Below are positions 1-14,922 of a stretch of 64,000 nt of DNA, piece after piece. The translations under genes were made by a program, and so were the position numbers. Position 1 is the stretch's first letter. Each line of letters begins with the position of its first letter. The DNA comes from the human T2T-CHM13v2.0 reference genome, Homo sapiens. The notes beneath the pieces were generated by a model. The model did no database searches, had not been told where the DNA came from, and saw only the letters and a list, made by a program, of their open reading frames with translations. The stretch lies in assembly GCF_009914755.1 (NCBI RefSeq), contig NC_060929.1; one strand, given 5' to 3'.

Positions 1-640
1 GAATTCTATATCCAGCCAAAAATATCCTTTGGAATGAAGGGAAAATCAAGAAATTCTCAGATGAAAGGAAACTAAGAAAATTTGTCACTAGCAGATGGCC
101 CCTAAAAGATGGCTAAAAAAAAATCCTCTAAACAAAAAGAAAATGACTATTAGAATATTCAGAAAAAGGAAGAACAATGGAAAGAGTAAAAATATGGGAA
201 AATATATTTCCTTCTTAAATTTCCTAAATTATGTTTGGTGATTAAAGCAAAAATTATAACTACTGTCTGGTGTGGTTTTCCAGTTTATGTAGAAATATTT
301 AAGACAATTATATTGTAATAGGGGAGGGCAAAGGAACATAAAGGGAAGTGAGGTTTCTACACTTCAGTTTAACTAGTAAATTGTCAACACCAGTAGAATG
401 TGATAAGTTATGCACATATAATACCTAGAGGCACTACTAAAAATGCTATACAGAAAAAGAATCAAAAACCTATAAATAAATCAAAATGGAATTCTAAAAA
501 ATGTTCTTGTAACCCACAAGAAAACAAGGAAACTAAAAACAGAACAAACAGAAAACAAAAAATAAAATGGCAGACTTGGCACACCAATAATTACATTAAA
601 TGTAAATGGTCTAAATATGCCAATTAAAAAACAGAGACTG
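1..640 (+). mobile_element. Ancient L1M fragment (ORF1 C-terminus, inter-ORF region, start of ORF2 endonuclease); continues in pieces at ~1093-1134 and ~1434-1458 between Alus
   Basis: Start resembles the L1 ORF1 end (RILYPAK..F.NEG.IK.FSD..KLR.FVTSR). acattaaatgtaaatggtctaaatatgccaattaaaaaacagagactg matches the ORF2 motif TLNVNGLN.PIK.QRL, which resumes as aaaaagcatgacccaactata (KKHDPTI). A-rich and degenerate. Confidence 0.8.
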
Positions 641-641
641 A

Positions 642-1117
<476 letters not shown>

Positions 1118-1134
1118 TTAAAAAGCATGACCCA

Positions 1135-1795
<661 letters not shown>

Positions 1796-3424
1796 CAAAG
1801 AGTTGTACTTACTGAAGGCTATTACATGTCTATCACTGTGCCATGCCATTCAGAGAGATTATTTTAATGGTCTGAGGAGGAAGACACTACTATTATCTTC
1901 CTTTTATAATGAGAAAATTACTGCTCAGAGAAGTTAAGTGACTTGCCTAAGGGCACACATCTCACCTGCCCAGTGTGAACCTCACTTGTCTAACTTTAAG
2001 GCCTAGGCTATTAACCTTTATTTACAGTGTAAATGAAATCCAGTGAAATACCTAAGAAAAAAGAGACGTGTCCATTCCTCTTAGCCTGGGTGAAAGGCTT
2101 CCTTTCACAGTCACAGGGGGCGATGATGAGTTCAGAAAAACCTTTAATTCATCAAGCATTTCTAAAGAGTTAGCCAAGATTCTTTTTGAATTTATCATCC
2201 GTTTGGACATAATTAAGCAATTAATCAATCAGTCCCCTCATTCACTCAACAAACATTTATAAAGGCCTCATGGTGCCAGGACTTGAGATAAGCTGGAGGA
2301 ATGAATCAAGTGATACAACCCTATCCCTCCCAGCATCCCCAGCGTGGGCTGGGCACTGAGCTCGTTTACTTTCAAAGCTGATTTTTTTCCACATTTCATT
2401 GCTCAGCTCCAAGCCAAAGATGTCAAACAGGCCAACCACGTGAAGCCCATTCTCCCAGAAGCCCCATTGTTCCATCCACCTACACTTTGAGGGATCCAGG
2501 TCAGCATTTCCCTTTTAGCTCTCTAACATGGCAATGGGAGACTTTGATGTCTCACCTTGCAGAGAAAAGAAAAAAGGGCAGAAAGCCTTCAGAGATGGTG
2601 GCCAAAAAAGCTTTGAGATCATGCGAATCCCCAGCGGCATGGCTTGGTCTTTCCTCTATGTTGTTCCTTGGAATGAAAAGCGGATTTTTCTAGCTTCTCT
2701 CTCACTCCTACATACGTCCCCACCCAGCTCTCAGCTCCTGGCAGTGCCAGCACTCACATCTAGGGATAACAGTTAAAATCGCCTCCTCCTCCTCTGACAA
2801 TGAAATATGGCATACCATTTGGCATCCCAGCGGTGCCCCAGTCTCCTGACCCCTGGCAGGGTCCCAGGGGATTTGTGGTCGGCCGCTAATTCAGAGCCCT
2901 GGCCATAGCCATTTCCCATGACATAGCTGGAATTCTCCCACTGCCTGCCCTCTCAGCTTCAGTTACTCTGCCATGCTGAAACTATTTGCTCCCCTCCCAC
3001 CCTGTCCATCACTGCCCCTTCCTTGGGCCGAGCCTCTGTACCCGCCCACTGGCTAGACTCCTGAGGCCCTCCATGGGGGAGCTGCAAATCTCTCTTCACT
3101 TTTATTACTGACCCGCATCCTGCCGCCTCCACTCCTTCAGCCTGAAGGCCTCTTTAAAGCACCGTCCTCTTGAGCAATGATAAACCTCGGTGCCAGAGAT
3201 GTTTAAAGAGAAACAGTCACTCCCGGCTGACCATATTGATATCAGAAGGGAGGCCAACCATGTGGTTTCAAAGCTGTGGTCATAAAACAGTCTTTTTTTT
3301 TTTTTTTTTCATGTATGGTTAATCTGCCTATGAACTAGAAAAATAATCTCTGCCCTTTTGTAGGGCCCATTCTTAGTGTAACCTGGGAATGGGGAAGAGA
3401 CAGGCCAGGTACTGTCCACTGTGG

Positions 3425-3650
3425 TAGCTGAGGGTGGGGCCTCAGGAGCCAGGCTGTCTGGATTATAGCCCAGCTCTGCACACTTACTAGCTGGGTGACC
3501 CTGGGCAAGTCATAGACCATCTCTGGGCTTCAGTATCCTTCTCTGTACAAGGAAGAAAACAGAAGGACTACTACCTAGCCTTGTTATGAGAATTAAGTTC
3601 ATGTTTGTAAAGGGTGCCAACACGTGTTTAGCACATATAAAGTGCTGTAT
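3425..3650 (+). mobile_element. MIR
   Basis: cccagctctgcacacttactagctgggtgaccctgggcaagtca...cttcagtatccttctctgta is the MIR core. Confidence 0.8.
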
Positions 3651-3835
3651 CTGTATTTGCTAAAGAAATACTATGTATATATGGGATATTCAGTTAATTT
3701 TCACAACAACTTGTTGATGTTATTATGCTTTCATTACAGAGGGTGCTACTGGATCCTTGAGAGTTCTAGAAACTTGCCCGTGGTTAGTAAGCCACAGAGA
3801 TGGGATTCGAATTTGGGTTGTACTTCCCAGTATGA

Positions 3836-3992
3836 CAGTCATCCTCAAAGTGGGGTCCAAGACCAGCTGGGATCTTGGTAGATGTGCAAATTATCCAGCC
3901 CCATGCAGAACCACTGGCTCAGAAACTGGTGGGTAGGTTCAGCGATTTGTTTTAACAAGTCCTCCAGGAGACTGGGATGCACAGAGTTTGAG
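3836..3992. mobile_element. MER5A-like hAT MITE
   Basis: ctcaaagtggggtcc...gcaaatt...tcagaaact...tgttttaacaagtcctccaggaga...gagtttgaga. Confidence 0.75.
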
Positions 3993-4682
3993 ATGTGCTG
4001 TGTATCGCCATGTTGCCCTTACAGCAGGAGAAGAAGTTCCTTTCCTTCCTGTCTCCAGGTTATCAGCACAAAGTGAACATGAGCTGCTCAGACCTCTCAA
4101 GCAACACACAGTCATGCAGGTCTTTGGAGTGAAAAGTGCTGTGCCAGATGCCATGGGGACACAAAGAAATGTGAGCTTCCTGCCCTGCAAAGCATATTCC
4201 CTAATTATCAAAACCAGACAAGCATGTGCGCAAAGTTATCCAACAGCACTGACCACACCATGAGTCAAAGCATCCGTGTTCAGAGGTTTGGGGTCAAACA
4301 GAGCTCACACCATTCCTGACCCCGATTGTTATGAGTGGGACTTTAATGAAGTCACTTAATCTCACTGGGCCTGGCTCCCCTTACCTTTTCAGGCTGCTGT
4401 AAGGATAAAATGAAGTTAGGGCAATGACCTTGTATGATGCCTGGCACATGGTAGGAGGCTTAGTTGCTAAATGGCCAGGGTCATCATTAAGATCTGTCAG
4501 CCAGGTGATACAGGATTCACTGCCAAATCATAATAGGAAGGTAAGGTAGGAGTAGGGAGATAGCTCTAAGGGAGAAAGACCTGCAGAGAATGGGGAACTT
4601 GAACCTGATTCCAACACAGAGTAAATATCTCAATAACAGACAGGAGGGAGAAGAAAATGGCTCTGATGATCATTAAAAAAGG

Positions 4683-4990
<308 letters not shown>

Positions 4991-7234
4991 TCAAATTCAT
5001 CTGATTTACATGACTTTCACTTTGAACGTGCAGACTCCAATGCATGAAGCCCAGGTTGAACTGGGAAATCCAAGTTGCACTTAAGATACATGAGTACCTT
5101 AATCCCGACACAGGCTTTCTGAGCCAGGCTCTGTTTAATCAATGGGTGTTTGGAATGAGGGCTGTGGACATCATAGCGGCTCCCTTTTCCCTAGTGTCTC
5201 TCTAGAGGAACAACCAAAATGCAACTTATATGTGTGAAAAAAATGACTGAAAAATGTTTAATTTCTGATTCTCCCTGATTTCTCCTTGAGGCTGGCAACC
5301 TCACCAAAGCGATTAGACAGATAGCATGAGCTATCAGCCCAGATAAAATCTGGATATTTTATCATTGCAGAGAGCATATCGGGAAATACTAAGGAAGTTC
5401 AGGAATATCTAGTGTCATTCTACTGGACAACGGAAGGAAGGGTGACGTGACCACTCCTGCGCTCTTCCAATCTTACCACTTTCAGGCTAGTTTTTCTATA
5501 AAACTCACCAAGGCAAATTCCTCAAACTTTTGCCCCATTCGTTCCTTTGGGCCTGGGCAGAGGTGATGCTTGCGGGCCCCCAGTGAGAATGTCCATGGGG
5601 CAGAGGGCAGAGTGCAAAGGGGAGACCATGAAAGACAGGCAGTGGGCCCATCTCCCAGTGAGCTATGACAGACTCCAACCCCACACTCACCCCAGTGATT
5701 TATGTTCTGGAAGGATGTTCGCAAATCAACATGTTTTGTCTGCTCCTTTTCAAAGTCAGGGGAAAGCAACCCAAGACATCTAAACATAACCACACATTCG
5801 AAAGTCTGGTCAATTGTTTTAGAATTTCCATTGCAGGGCCTCTAAGTACCATCCTCGGACTCCCCATCAAGACCAGTAAATACAAGCCAATGGGAGGGAA
5901 AATGGGATCTTAAATATTTCCGGCTAATTCAATTCCGTCGGAGAAAGCTTTCCTTCCCAAGGTCCCATTCTAGCACAACGGGTTGGGAGTCTCAGGACTG
6001 CAGCCCCTTTTCCTGAAGAAGCAGCAGAGTCTGTGGTTCCATTTTACTCAACTGTTTTAAGTAGAAATTATCCTTGAGGCTTCAGGGTGTGCTTCCACTC
6101 TGGGTGGGATGGTGAAGGGAGTGATTTGTCTACCACATTACTCAGCCCCAAAGTATATATGCACTGGGGTAAACTTGGCCTTCTACATTTTCCCATTCTC
6201 TCCGGGCTGTTCTGTCATCTCTATGAGTCAGCCTCATCCTGGGCCTTCCCCGCCAGACCCTCCAGGCCCTGGCAGTTGTTTGGTTTGGGGCAATGACAGT
6301 GCCCTTTCCTGCTGGTATGTGGAGCTATTGTTCTCTAGGTCCATGGCTGCTTTTATCTCCAGCATTCCTACAAGCAGGATTAACAGATCTGGGCCTGTCT
6401 CAATGGGCTGCTTTCCACTTCAATTAAACTGCAAGCCAACAACACGCCCTGTTCCCAGGCTTCCCAGGCAAGGCTGCCCTGCTGGGGTGGCATGCCAAGG
6501 TTTCGGGACAAAGATGGGGGCAGGCTCACTGCGTGAGCCACAGAAGATACCCTGCCGTTGGATGCCTGGGCTTCAGGCCCAGCAAGCAGCTTATTGCTGT
6601 GCCAATCTGGGGAGCCAGACCTAGATTTCCTCATCTTTCAAACAGTAATGATAATGCATGACCTCCCGGACTCTAGGGAGGGATAAGGGAGCCAACATAT
6701 ATAGGCAAAACAACTAGCAGAGTGCCTGGCACATAGTAGGTGCTCAGGAAATGCTAGATCCCTTGCCTTTGCTAGGGGAGGGGGTAACTAAAGGCACCTG
6801 CCTTGCTACCCAACAGGGATGTTGGAAGAAACAAGTGATGCAATTTACACAAAAGTATGAGAAACCTCAGAAGGGCTGCATGCATAAGAGAATTTTTATA
6901 ATCCAGGTGTGTGTGATGAGTCTTAACTTGTGCCTAGGCCAACCTAAAAGAGAGATCCTATTGTATGCAGTCTGCTAATAGAATCAGAAGAGGCTTCTGT
7001 ATCCTTCCTTTCTGCGTATCTTGAAAATGCTTTCAGAAAGCCAGAAGTAGGGGGAGTGACAGCAACAACTTCACTGCCTAATCTGCTAAATATGAAGATA
7101 GCTAATATTTATTGAGCACATACTATGCATCCTGCACTATTCTAAGTGCGTTACATTTATTGTGATCACATTTCATCCATACAACCCTATTTTTTCACGG
7201 ATTCATTCATTTGACAAATTCGTTCATTCAATAT

Positions 7235-7610
7235 TTCCCCAAATATGCATATGGCTCCTTCCCTCACCTTCTTCAAGTCTTCTTCAAGTCCTTACTCAAG
7301 TGTCACCTTCTTATTAAAGCCTTCCTTGGCTACCTTATCTAAAATTCACTCCACCCTTCCACCCCCAAAGACAATTGCTTTGTGTAATTTTTCTCCTTAG
7401 CATGTATCACTGTCCAACATACCAGTTGCTTTATGTGTTTACCTTGTCTATCAAGTGCACCCCCACTAGAATGGGAGTCCCATTAGAATATGAGCCCTCT
7501 AAGGAGAGGCATTTTGCTCTTTCATTCCCAGCTATGTCCCCAGCACCTAGAATGAAATAGTTTCTGAGTGCCTAGCTCTGAATGAGTGCTTAGCAGATAT
7601 TTGTTGATGG
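7235..7610 (+). mobile_element. L2 3' fragment nested in a minus-strand MIR
   Basis: ctcaagtgtcaccttctt...cactagaat...tccccagcacctagaat...gatatttgttga. MIR halves lie at ~7095-7190 and ~7615-7750. Confidence 0.65.
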
Positions 7611-8527
7611 GATGAAACCTAAGAGGTAGGCACTATTCATATCATCATGCCTATCTTACACATAAAGAAACAGAAACAGGGAGGTTAAATAACTTGCCCA
7701 AGGTCACACAGTAAAGATCAAAGCCAGGATTTGACTCCAGAAACCAAGCACTACATTCTTTCACCTTTCCATCTAAGACTAACGCTACTAATTTTTTTCT
7801 CCTTCTCCTCCTCTTCTGGGGTCACTGCCTTTGTTTTTTAGCCATCTTTGCCATGGAGACCAAAGACTCCCCCCAAAGTTCTTGTTCATGCTGGGCTAGA
7901 GAATCGTTTGCTGACACATGTTCTTAATGAGAAAAGGGCTGCCTGGTGAATTATTCTCTCAACGTGTTCATGCTCAGATGCTTCATTTAGCAGCGGGCAC
8001 ATCAAGGCCCATGAGAGCCATATTACAGTTCGCAGGGCAGTGGAGATCATCTTGAGCAATGGGGGAGTGGGCTGAGGTGGCAGAAACAGCGAGAGTCCCA
8101 GAGTCACACACATCTCGGTCTGCATGCTAGTGAGACCTCATTATAATGCAGCTGTGGGATCTTGATCAAGTCACTTCACCTCTCCTGGCATCTGTTTGTG
8201 GTTAGGTAAATTCAGCACATAACAAAAGGGTGGGAGCTCGACAGGTGCTCCATGGTATTATTACCATGCCCTCTTCAACCCACCCAGTCCATCCCCAATA
8301 TCACCTTCCTAATGCTACAGGCCTCATTGTTTCCAGTTTCTGGTTTACTTCAGTCATTGCCCAAAAAGCACAGGTGAGAGTAACTCCAGAATGGAAGAAA
8401 TGAAAAGAATGATGCCTCCTATCTAGATAGGTTTGTGTATGATCCCATGTCACTTGGAGAATGTAGAATATTCTCCAAAGTGACTTTCCCATGTACCTCC
8501 CCTATCCCTTTGTTAATAACAATGACT

Positions 8528-9220
<693 letters not shown>

Positions 9221-9482
9221 CTCTAAGCACTTTTAAGCAATAATTCACCTAATCCTCACAGCAATCCTGGGAGCGAAGTACTATGATCATGCCCATTTCA
9301 CAGATGACAAAACTGAGACCCTGAGAGGCTAATCTGCACTGGTAAGGAGCAGAGGGTGGCAACCCAGGCAGGCTGGCTTCTGGTACCTGAACTTCTGCTT
9401 CCTCTACCCACTTCCTAGCACCCTCTGCCCCGCCCACCTGCCACCCAGCACCCCCTCACTGACACTCTGGCTGCACTACCTA

Positions 9483-9599
9483 GTCCCCAGTCTGTTGTCC
9501 CAGCAGGGTCTCTGGCCACTGGCCATATGCCAGCAATCAAGGAACTTCTCCATAATTTGCCCCAGTTTGCCCCCGTTTCCCCTTACTCCTCCTGAAGGA
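9483..9599 (+). repeat. Left arm of a 117-bp inverted repeat
   Basis: Reverse complement of 10454-10570 at 113/117 identity; 9483-9564 is an exact match. Confidence 0.95.
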
Positions 9600-10109
9600 A
9601 GGTACACACATCTCTCTTGGAACTCTACCTGAGAATTTCCTAGCCTGTCCACTCTGGGGATCTGAACTTTCATGTTCTGTTGAGATTTCTGGCAACAAAG
9701 ACTGGCACAAACATGAGAATTTCCTGTGGGAGCTCCTCCCCATCTCTTCAAGCATTTCTCCTACACCGTAGGTCAACAGAACCCAAATCCCTCACATCCT
9801 CCTGGGCCCTTCACTCTAAGCACGGGTCAGCCCCTTCCTACAGTCTAGCAGTAATGAAAACAGTTTCCAGAAAGTAGGCTATGCATCTTACAAAACTGTG
9901 ATTTAGTATTATATCCAAAACCGCTCACTCAAATCATTCTTAATAAGGTGAAAAATAACTTTAAAAGATAATAAATATTCTACAATCTTGTCTTCTATTG
10001 TTCTACGACTGCAGAACACCAGCTCTCTGGGGCTGCTCCACAATCTGGCTTTAAGTTCTCCCCTGCCTTGAAGCCTTTTTGACAGGGGAAAATGCACTCC
10101 ACTAGTCAG

Positions 10110-10372
10110 ATGATAAAAATAGCAAATGTTTACTGAGACAGTGTTAATTAAATGCTGTGCACTGTGCTGGGAGCTCTACATGCAGCATCTCATTTAATCT
10201 TTACAACGGCTCTATGATTTAGGTGTCACTAAATCAAAAAGTAGTAGGAGTCACTACTTCAAAACCAAACCAAACCGAATCTCTGGGAAATTAAGCAGTT
10301 GGCCAAGGACCCAAAGTGACAAAGTCGAGATTCAGACCCAGATCTGTCTGGTTTTCATACTTTTAAACCACT
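10110..10372 (-). mobile_element. MIR inside the inverted-repeat spacer
   Basis: aatagcaaatgtttactgag...cactgtgctgggagctctacatgcagcatctcatttaatctttacaac...gattcagacccagatctgtctg. Confidence 0.7.
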
Positions 10373-10453
10373 CAGTTACACCTGATCCCCTTCAAGGCCT
10401 CAAACTGTCAGGGATGCTCTGATGGCTGATGGCTGAAGTCTGAGCTGCATGCA

Positions 10454-10570
10454 TCCTTCAGGAGGAACAAGGGGAAATGGGGGCAAATTGGGGCAAATTA
10501 TGGAGAAGTTCCTTGATTGCTGGCATATGGCCAGTGGCCAGAGACCCTGCTGGGACAACAGACTGGGGAC
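10454..10570 (-). repeat. Right arm of the 117-bp inverted repeat
   Basis: tccttcaggagg...cagactggggac is the reverse complement of 9483-9599. Confidence 0.95.
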
Positions 10571-13500
10571 CACTCAGCTCTATGCTCCTCTCCCTCCACC
10601 AAAGCACTAGGGAGCCTGCTTAAGAGGCATTCACTTAGGATTCATCCCAAGCCCTGTGATCCCAGAGCAGGGTCAGCCCAGAGTGGAGGGGGGGATCACC
10701 TTTTTCTAACTCGCACAGAGGTGTTGTAAGCAACAGCAGCATCCTAGTTGCCTCCAATCTCTAGGTGCCGGCTCCTAACCTGCTAGATGAAGAGCATGAG
10801 TTCCATGGGAGTGACAGCACCTAGGGAATGTGCTCCGTTCCCTGTCCTGGGTCCACGGCATCCAGGCCTAATATATCCCCAGATGCCTTTTCTGAGCTTT
10901 TCTGACCTCAGAGTCATGTTCAATATATTACCCTGAGCACCATTTATCTAATCCGAGTGGGCATCCAGGACATAATCTCTTTGCCATGCCTCAACTAGAA
11001 GCTCTCAAAGGCTGCTTCCAGAGTAATATATCATTACATGGCTTGTCTACATATGAAGTGTATGAAAACACACATTTTTTTCTGAAATAAATAATGGAGT
11101 CAGGTTTCAATAACATAACTCAGGAAAATAAATTAGCTGGTTTCTCCCAGCCTTTCCATGCAAAAAGGTCTGAGGCCAGGGGCCCTTGAGATGTCAAACT
11201 GGGGAGAATGGTAGAAGTTTTCATGGTTCCGAAAATTAGAGAGGGGATCCCTGGCAAGGAAAGTCTCCTTACCACAAATTGGTCCCTATCAGAGAATTGC
11301 TGCTCAGTTCAGATGGTAATTAGCACACCCCAAATTACTTGCCAGCAACAGTATAACTAAGACTTGGAGACAAGAGAAGACTAAACTTGAGAGAGAAGCT
11401 GCATCACCACAGAAACACGACCTGACTGAGGAGATGAAATGAGGTAACTGCTTCAATTCAAAACACATCTACCCATTGCTCCAAACCCTCTATTTGCAAA
11501 GCCCCACCAGGCAGAGAAACTTCAAGGCCTGATCTTGACTGTGTGATGCCAGAGGCTGCAGGGACTGGCCACAGAGCGCAAGTCCAGCCCTCCCCTGGGG
11601 TGGAAGCCTGTGATGTGGGCAGGCAGTTCAGGAATGCCCTTCCTCGCAGAGGGAATAGTCCCTTCAGGCAAAAGGCTTCCTGGAGGGAAGCCAAGGAGGG
11701 AACCTCCAGACCCTTCCTGACTGCACTCGGATGAGGGATGTGGCCTTGCTGGATGGGAGGTAACAAATGTGCTATGAAGATCAACTGATCACACTGACAC
11801 CCACATTTGAACACCTCATGCCGCCTCCACACCCACTGGCTTTCAGATCCTGGGAAGAGCATCTGAGGACCACAATGTTGCTAGGCACCCTATTCTTTGG
11901 GATGAAGACCATGATGTTGGTCCCATCTACTTCTCAGGGGTGAAAAGACTGCGGAAATATCAAACAGAAGTCCGGAAGAGTCATAACTTCCAAAGGCAAC
12001 CAAGGAAGAGAGAGCCCTGCTAGGGGCCTGCTCTTCCTCCTGAGGAGCGAGGAAGAGTCCTAAGAGCCAGCCTGCCTCAGCAGCCAATTGTTGGTCCTGG
12101 GCTTGCAGGCTTCAGTCACCTCTTCTGTGAAGCACTGTTGGGGAATGAAGACGGTTTTGTCCCCCAAGCTTAAAAGACTGCCCATGCGGGACAGTGAGAC
12201 TGATGGGAATGGAAGCAAGCTGGAGACAACATGCCCCTCTAAACGGGCTCTGCAGGCTGCTACCTTAGAGGACACCAAACCCTGTGTTGCTGCTGCCACC
12301 AGAGCGCCCAATTTGGGGACAGGAACAAACAATCTGAATTTTTATATAAAATCTCTCCAGTTTTAAATATAGTCAGCTCATTTTTAAAAAATGGTATGGG
12401 CCAAACTTATTCCTATTGGCAGGAATCAACCTGTGGGACTGCCATTTTGTAATCTCTTTCATTGAAAGGACAGTTTCAAAAAAGGGAGAACAAGGGTGGT
12501 TTTTCCAAATCCTTGACTTTGACCAATCAGGTGGCCCAATTAAAAAAACAAGTAAATTAACAATCTATTCTGTGCAAAGTCTACCTGGCAGACATCATGG
12601 TTACCAACCATGTAGTTGGGGAAGAAAAGGCAGAAACAGAGGGAACATCTTGCTTAATAACACCAAAATGAGAAGCAGTCCATTAAAACAATGCCAAAGA
12701 CATCATAAAAGGTGTGACTGATGTGGTTCTGCTGACCATGCTGAGGAATTCAGGGCACAGATGAATAGAGAGACTTCAGTGAGGAGAGATGGCTGCAGCA
12801 TTTTCACTGATTGAGGAGGATTTGAATCTTGAGGGTTAGATAACATAGCTAGTGTTTACTGAACACCAAGCATTGTACTCAACACTTTGTAAGGATTATT
12901 TCACGTGATGTTTGCAATGACTTTCCAGTTTAGAACCCTCACTCTTAAGAACCATATGGCACTGTCTCTAGACTTGGATGATCCTTGGAAAAAAAGGCAA
13001 GGTACCCCAGGCAGGGAGAATGGTCTTGAGCAAAAGTGTAGAGCAGCAATGGGCAAAATAAATGTGTGTGGGGAGGTGGAGGGAAAAAGTACAAGTGTCT
13101 GTTGCAAGTTTCCTTTGTGCTTGTGTGTTTTTCACAAATATCCAACAGCAAGATTCCAGAGGTTGTAGCAGCCCCAAGGATTGTATAGCACTCCCTAGAT
13201 TGAAAGCCTCAGGAAAGAGGTTTCAGCCAAAGATGTGGTCTCCCAACTGGAGGTACACAGATTAGACCTCAGTCCTGAGAAACAGGATGGCAGAGCAAAC
13301 AAGGTCCCTGCCCTGAGGCTGGAATGCAGCCCACCCTGTGAATACATGAATATTCATTGCTTTGGAGAAGTTGCTGAACATTTGCAGACATCTACCTCGG
13401 AGGACTCAGCTGGGAAAAATTCACTCTATCCCTAGAGGAAAATGGGGTGGGGTGGAGAATGGGGATGTTGGATTCAGAAAGAGATTTGAGTTCCAACAAC

Positions 13501-14649
13501 CCACCCAGAATGCCTAAGGGGCCTACGGCTATTCTCTGCCCCCTTGGGGCTAGAGGAATCTGCCAGAAATAGAGTTGAGAAAGTGTGAAGGGTGGTGTAC
13601 AAAGAGTGAAGGAAAGAGGTCCAGCAAGTTTAGACAGTGTAGGCATGGAGGGGAAATGCCACCTTTCTTCTAGCAAATCAGAGGAAGCTTTGGGAAGGAG
13701 GTAGGGGGATAAGAAAGCCTCGGAAATGTTTTTCAACTTTAGTGGATAAAAGGTCCTGGAGAGGAAAATGGGTGCTACAAAAGGACTAATAATAACAATA
13801 AGGTTCTCAAAGGCCATGTTGAGATTGAAATGAAATGGGACCACAGAATTGCCAACCTGCATTGACAAATCTTTGGTTCATTTTGATCACCACTGGGTTC
13901 CCAGGAGAAATACCAGATTGTCCTCAGATACTTATTTCAGGGTCCTTTTATGTCAGTTTAACCTATGAATTAACCTAATATTAAGAAGTTGTAACTTCCC
14001 ATTTTCTTAACACCAGTCCTATAAAGCTCAAGTCCCACCAAATGCATCCAAAACACAGTCTATAGTCAAAAGGTGTTTGGGAACTAGCTGCGTATATACT
14101 TTCACATCTTGGAAATTCACGGTGCATATTAACATGGTAAATACCCTGAGAAGTCCTGCAATCAAGAAGCCTTCCATACATCCTTTAGCACAACACTTTC
14201 TGAATTTATTTGACCAGGATCCTTTTGTTGCTGAACACCCATTAAAATGAATGCATTTGGGAAACGCACATCTAAACATTTGGGAAGCTGATGTTCACAT
14301 CCTCCGCCTCAAATACCTCTGAGGTAATGAATTCCATAAAATTGACATCTGCTCTTACAGCACAACTTCCCATTCATGCATTTTTTCCATTAAAAAATAT
14401 TTTAGCGCTGTACTAAACCCTGCTAATAAAAAATAAAAATACAATTCCCTGCTCACAAGTAGCTCATAGCATGGTGGGGAAGGCAGTTAAAGCACCAGTC
14501 TCGGAGTTGGAGTATGGCTGATGCTCAATAATAGTTTGCTGGGGAAGCTAGAGCTAGAAGAAGTCTTTCTAATAAATAAGACCAGCATAGTCAGGGAGGG
14601 CTTCCTAGAGGTGGAGAGATGAGCAATGAATTTTAAAGAACGAGATTCA

Positions 14650-14922
<273 letters not shown>

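Noticed and set aside
6109-6624. 171-aa ORF (and similar 160-170 aa ORFs at 23308, 33381 and 34741)
   Set aside because: No homology recognised, and some run into Alu or MIR sequence. Expected by chance in six frames of 64 kb.
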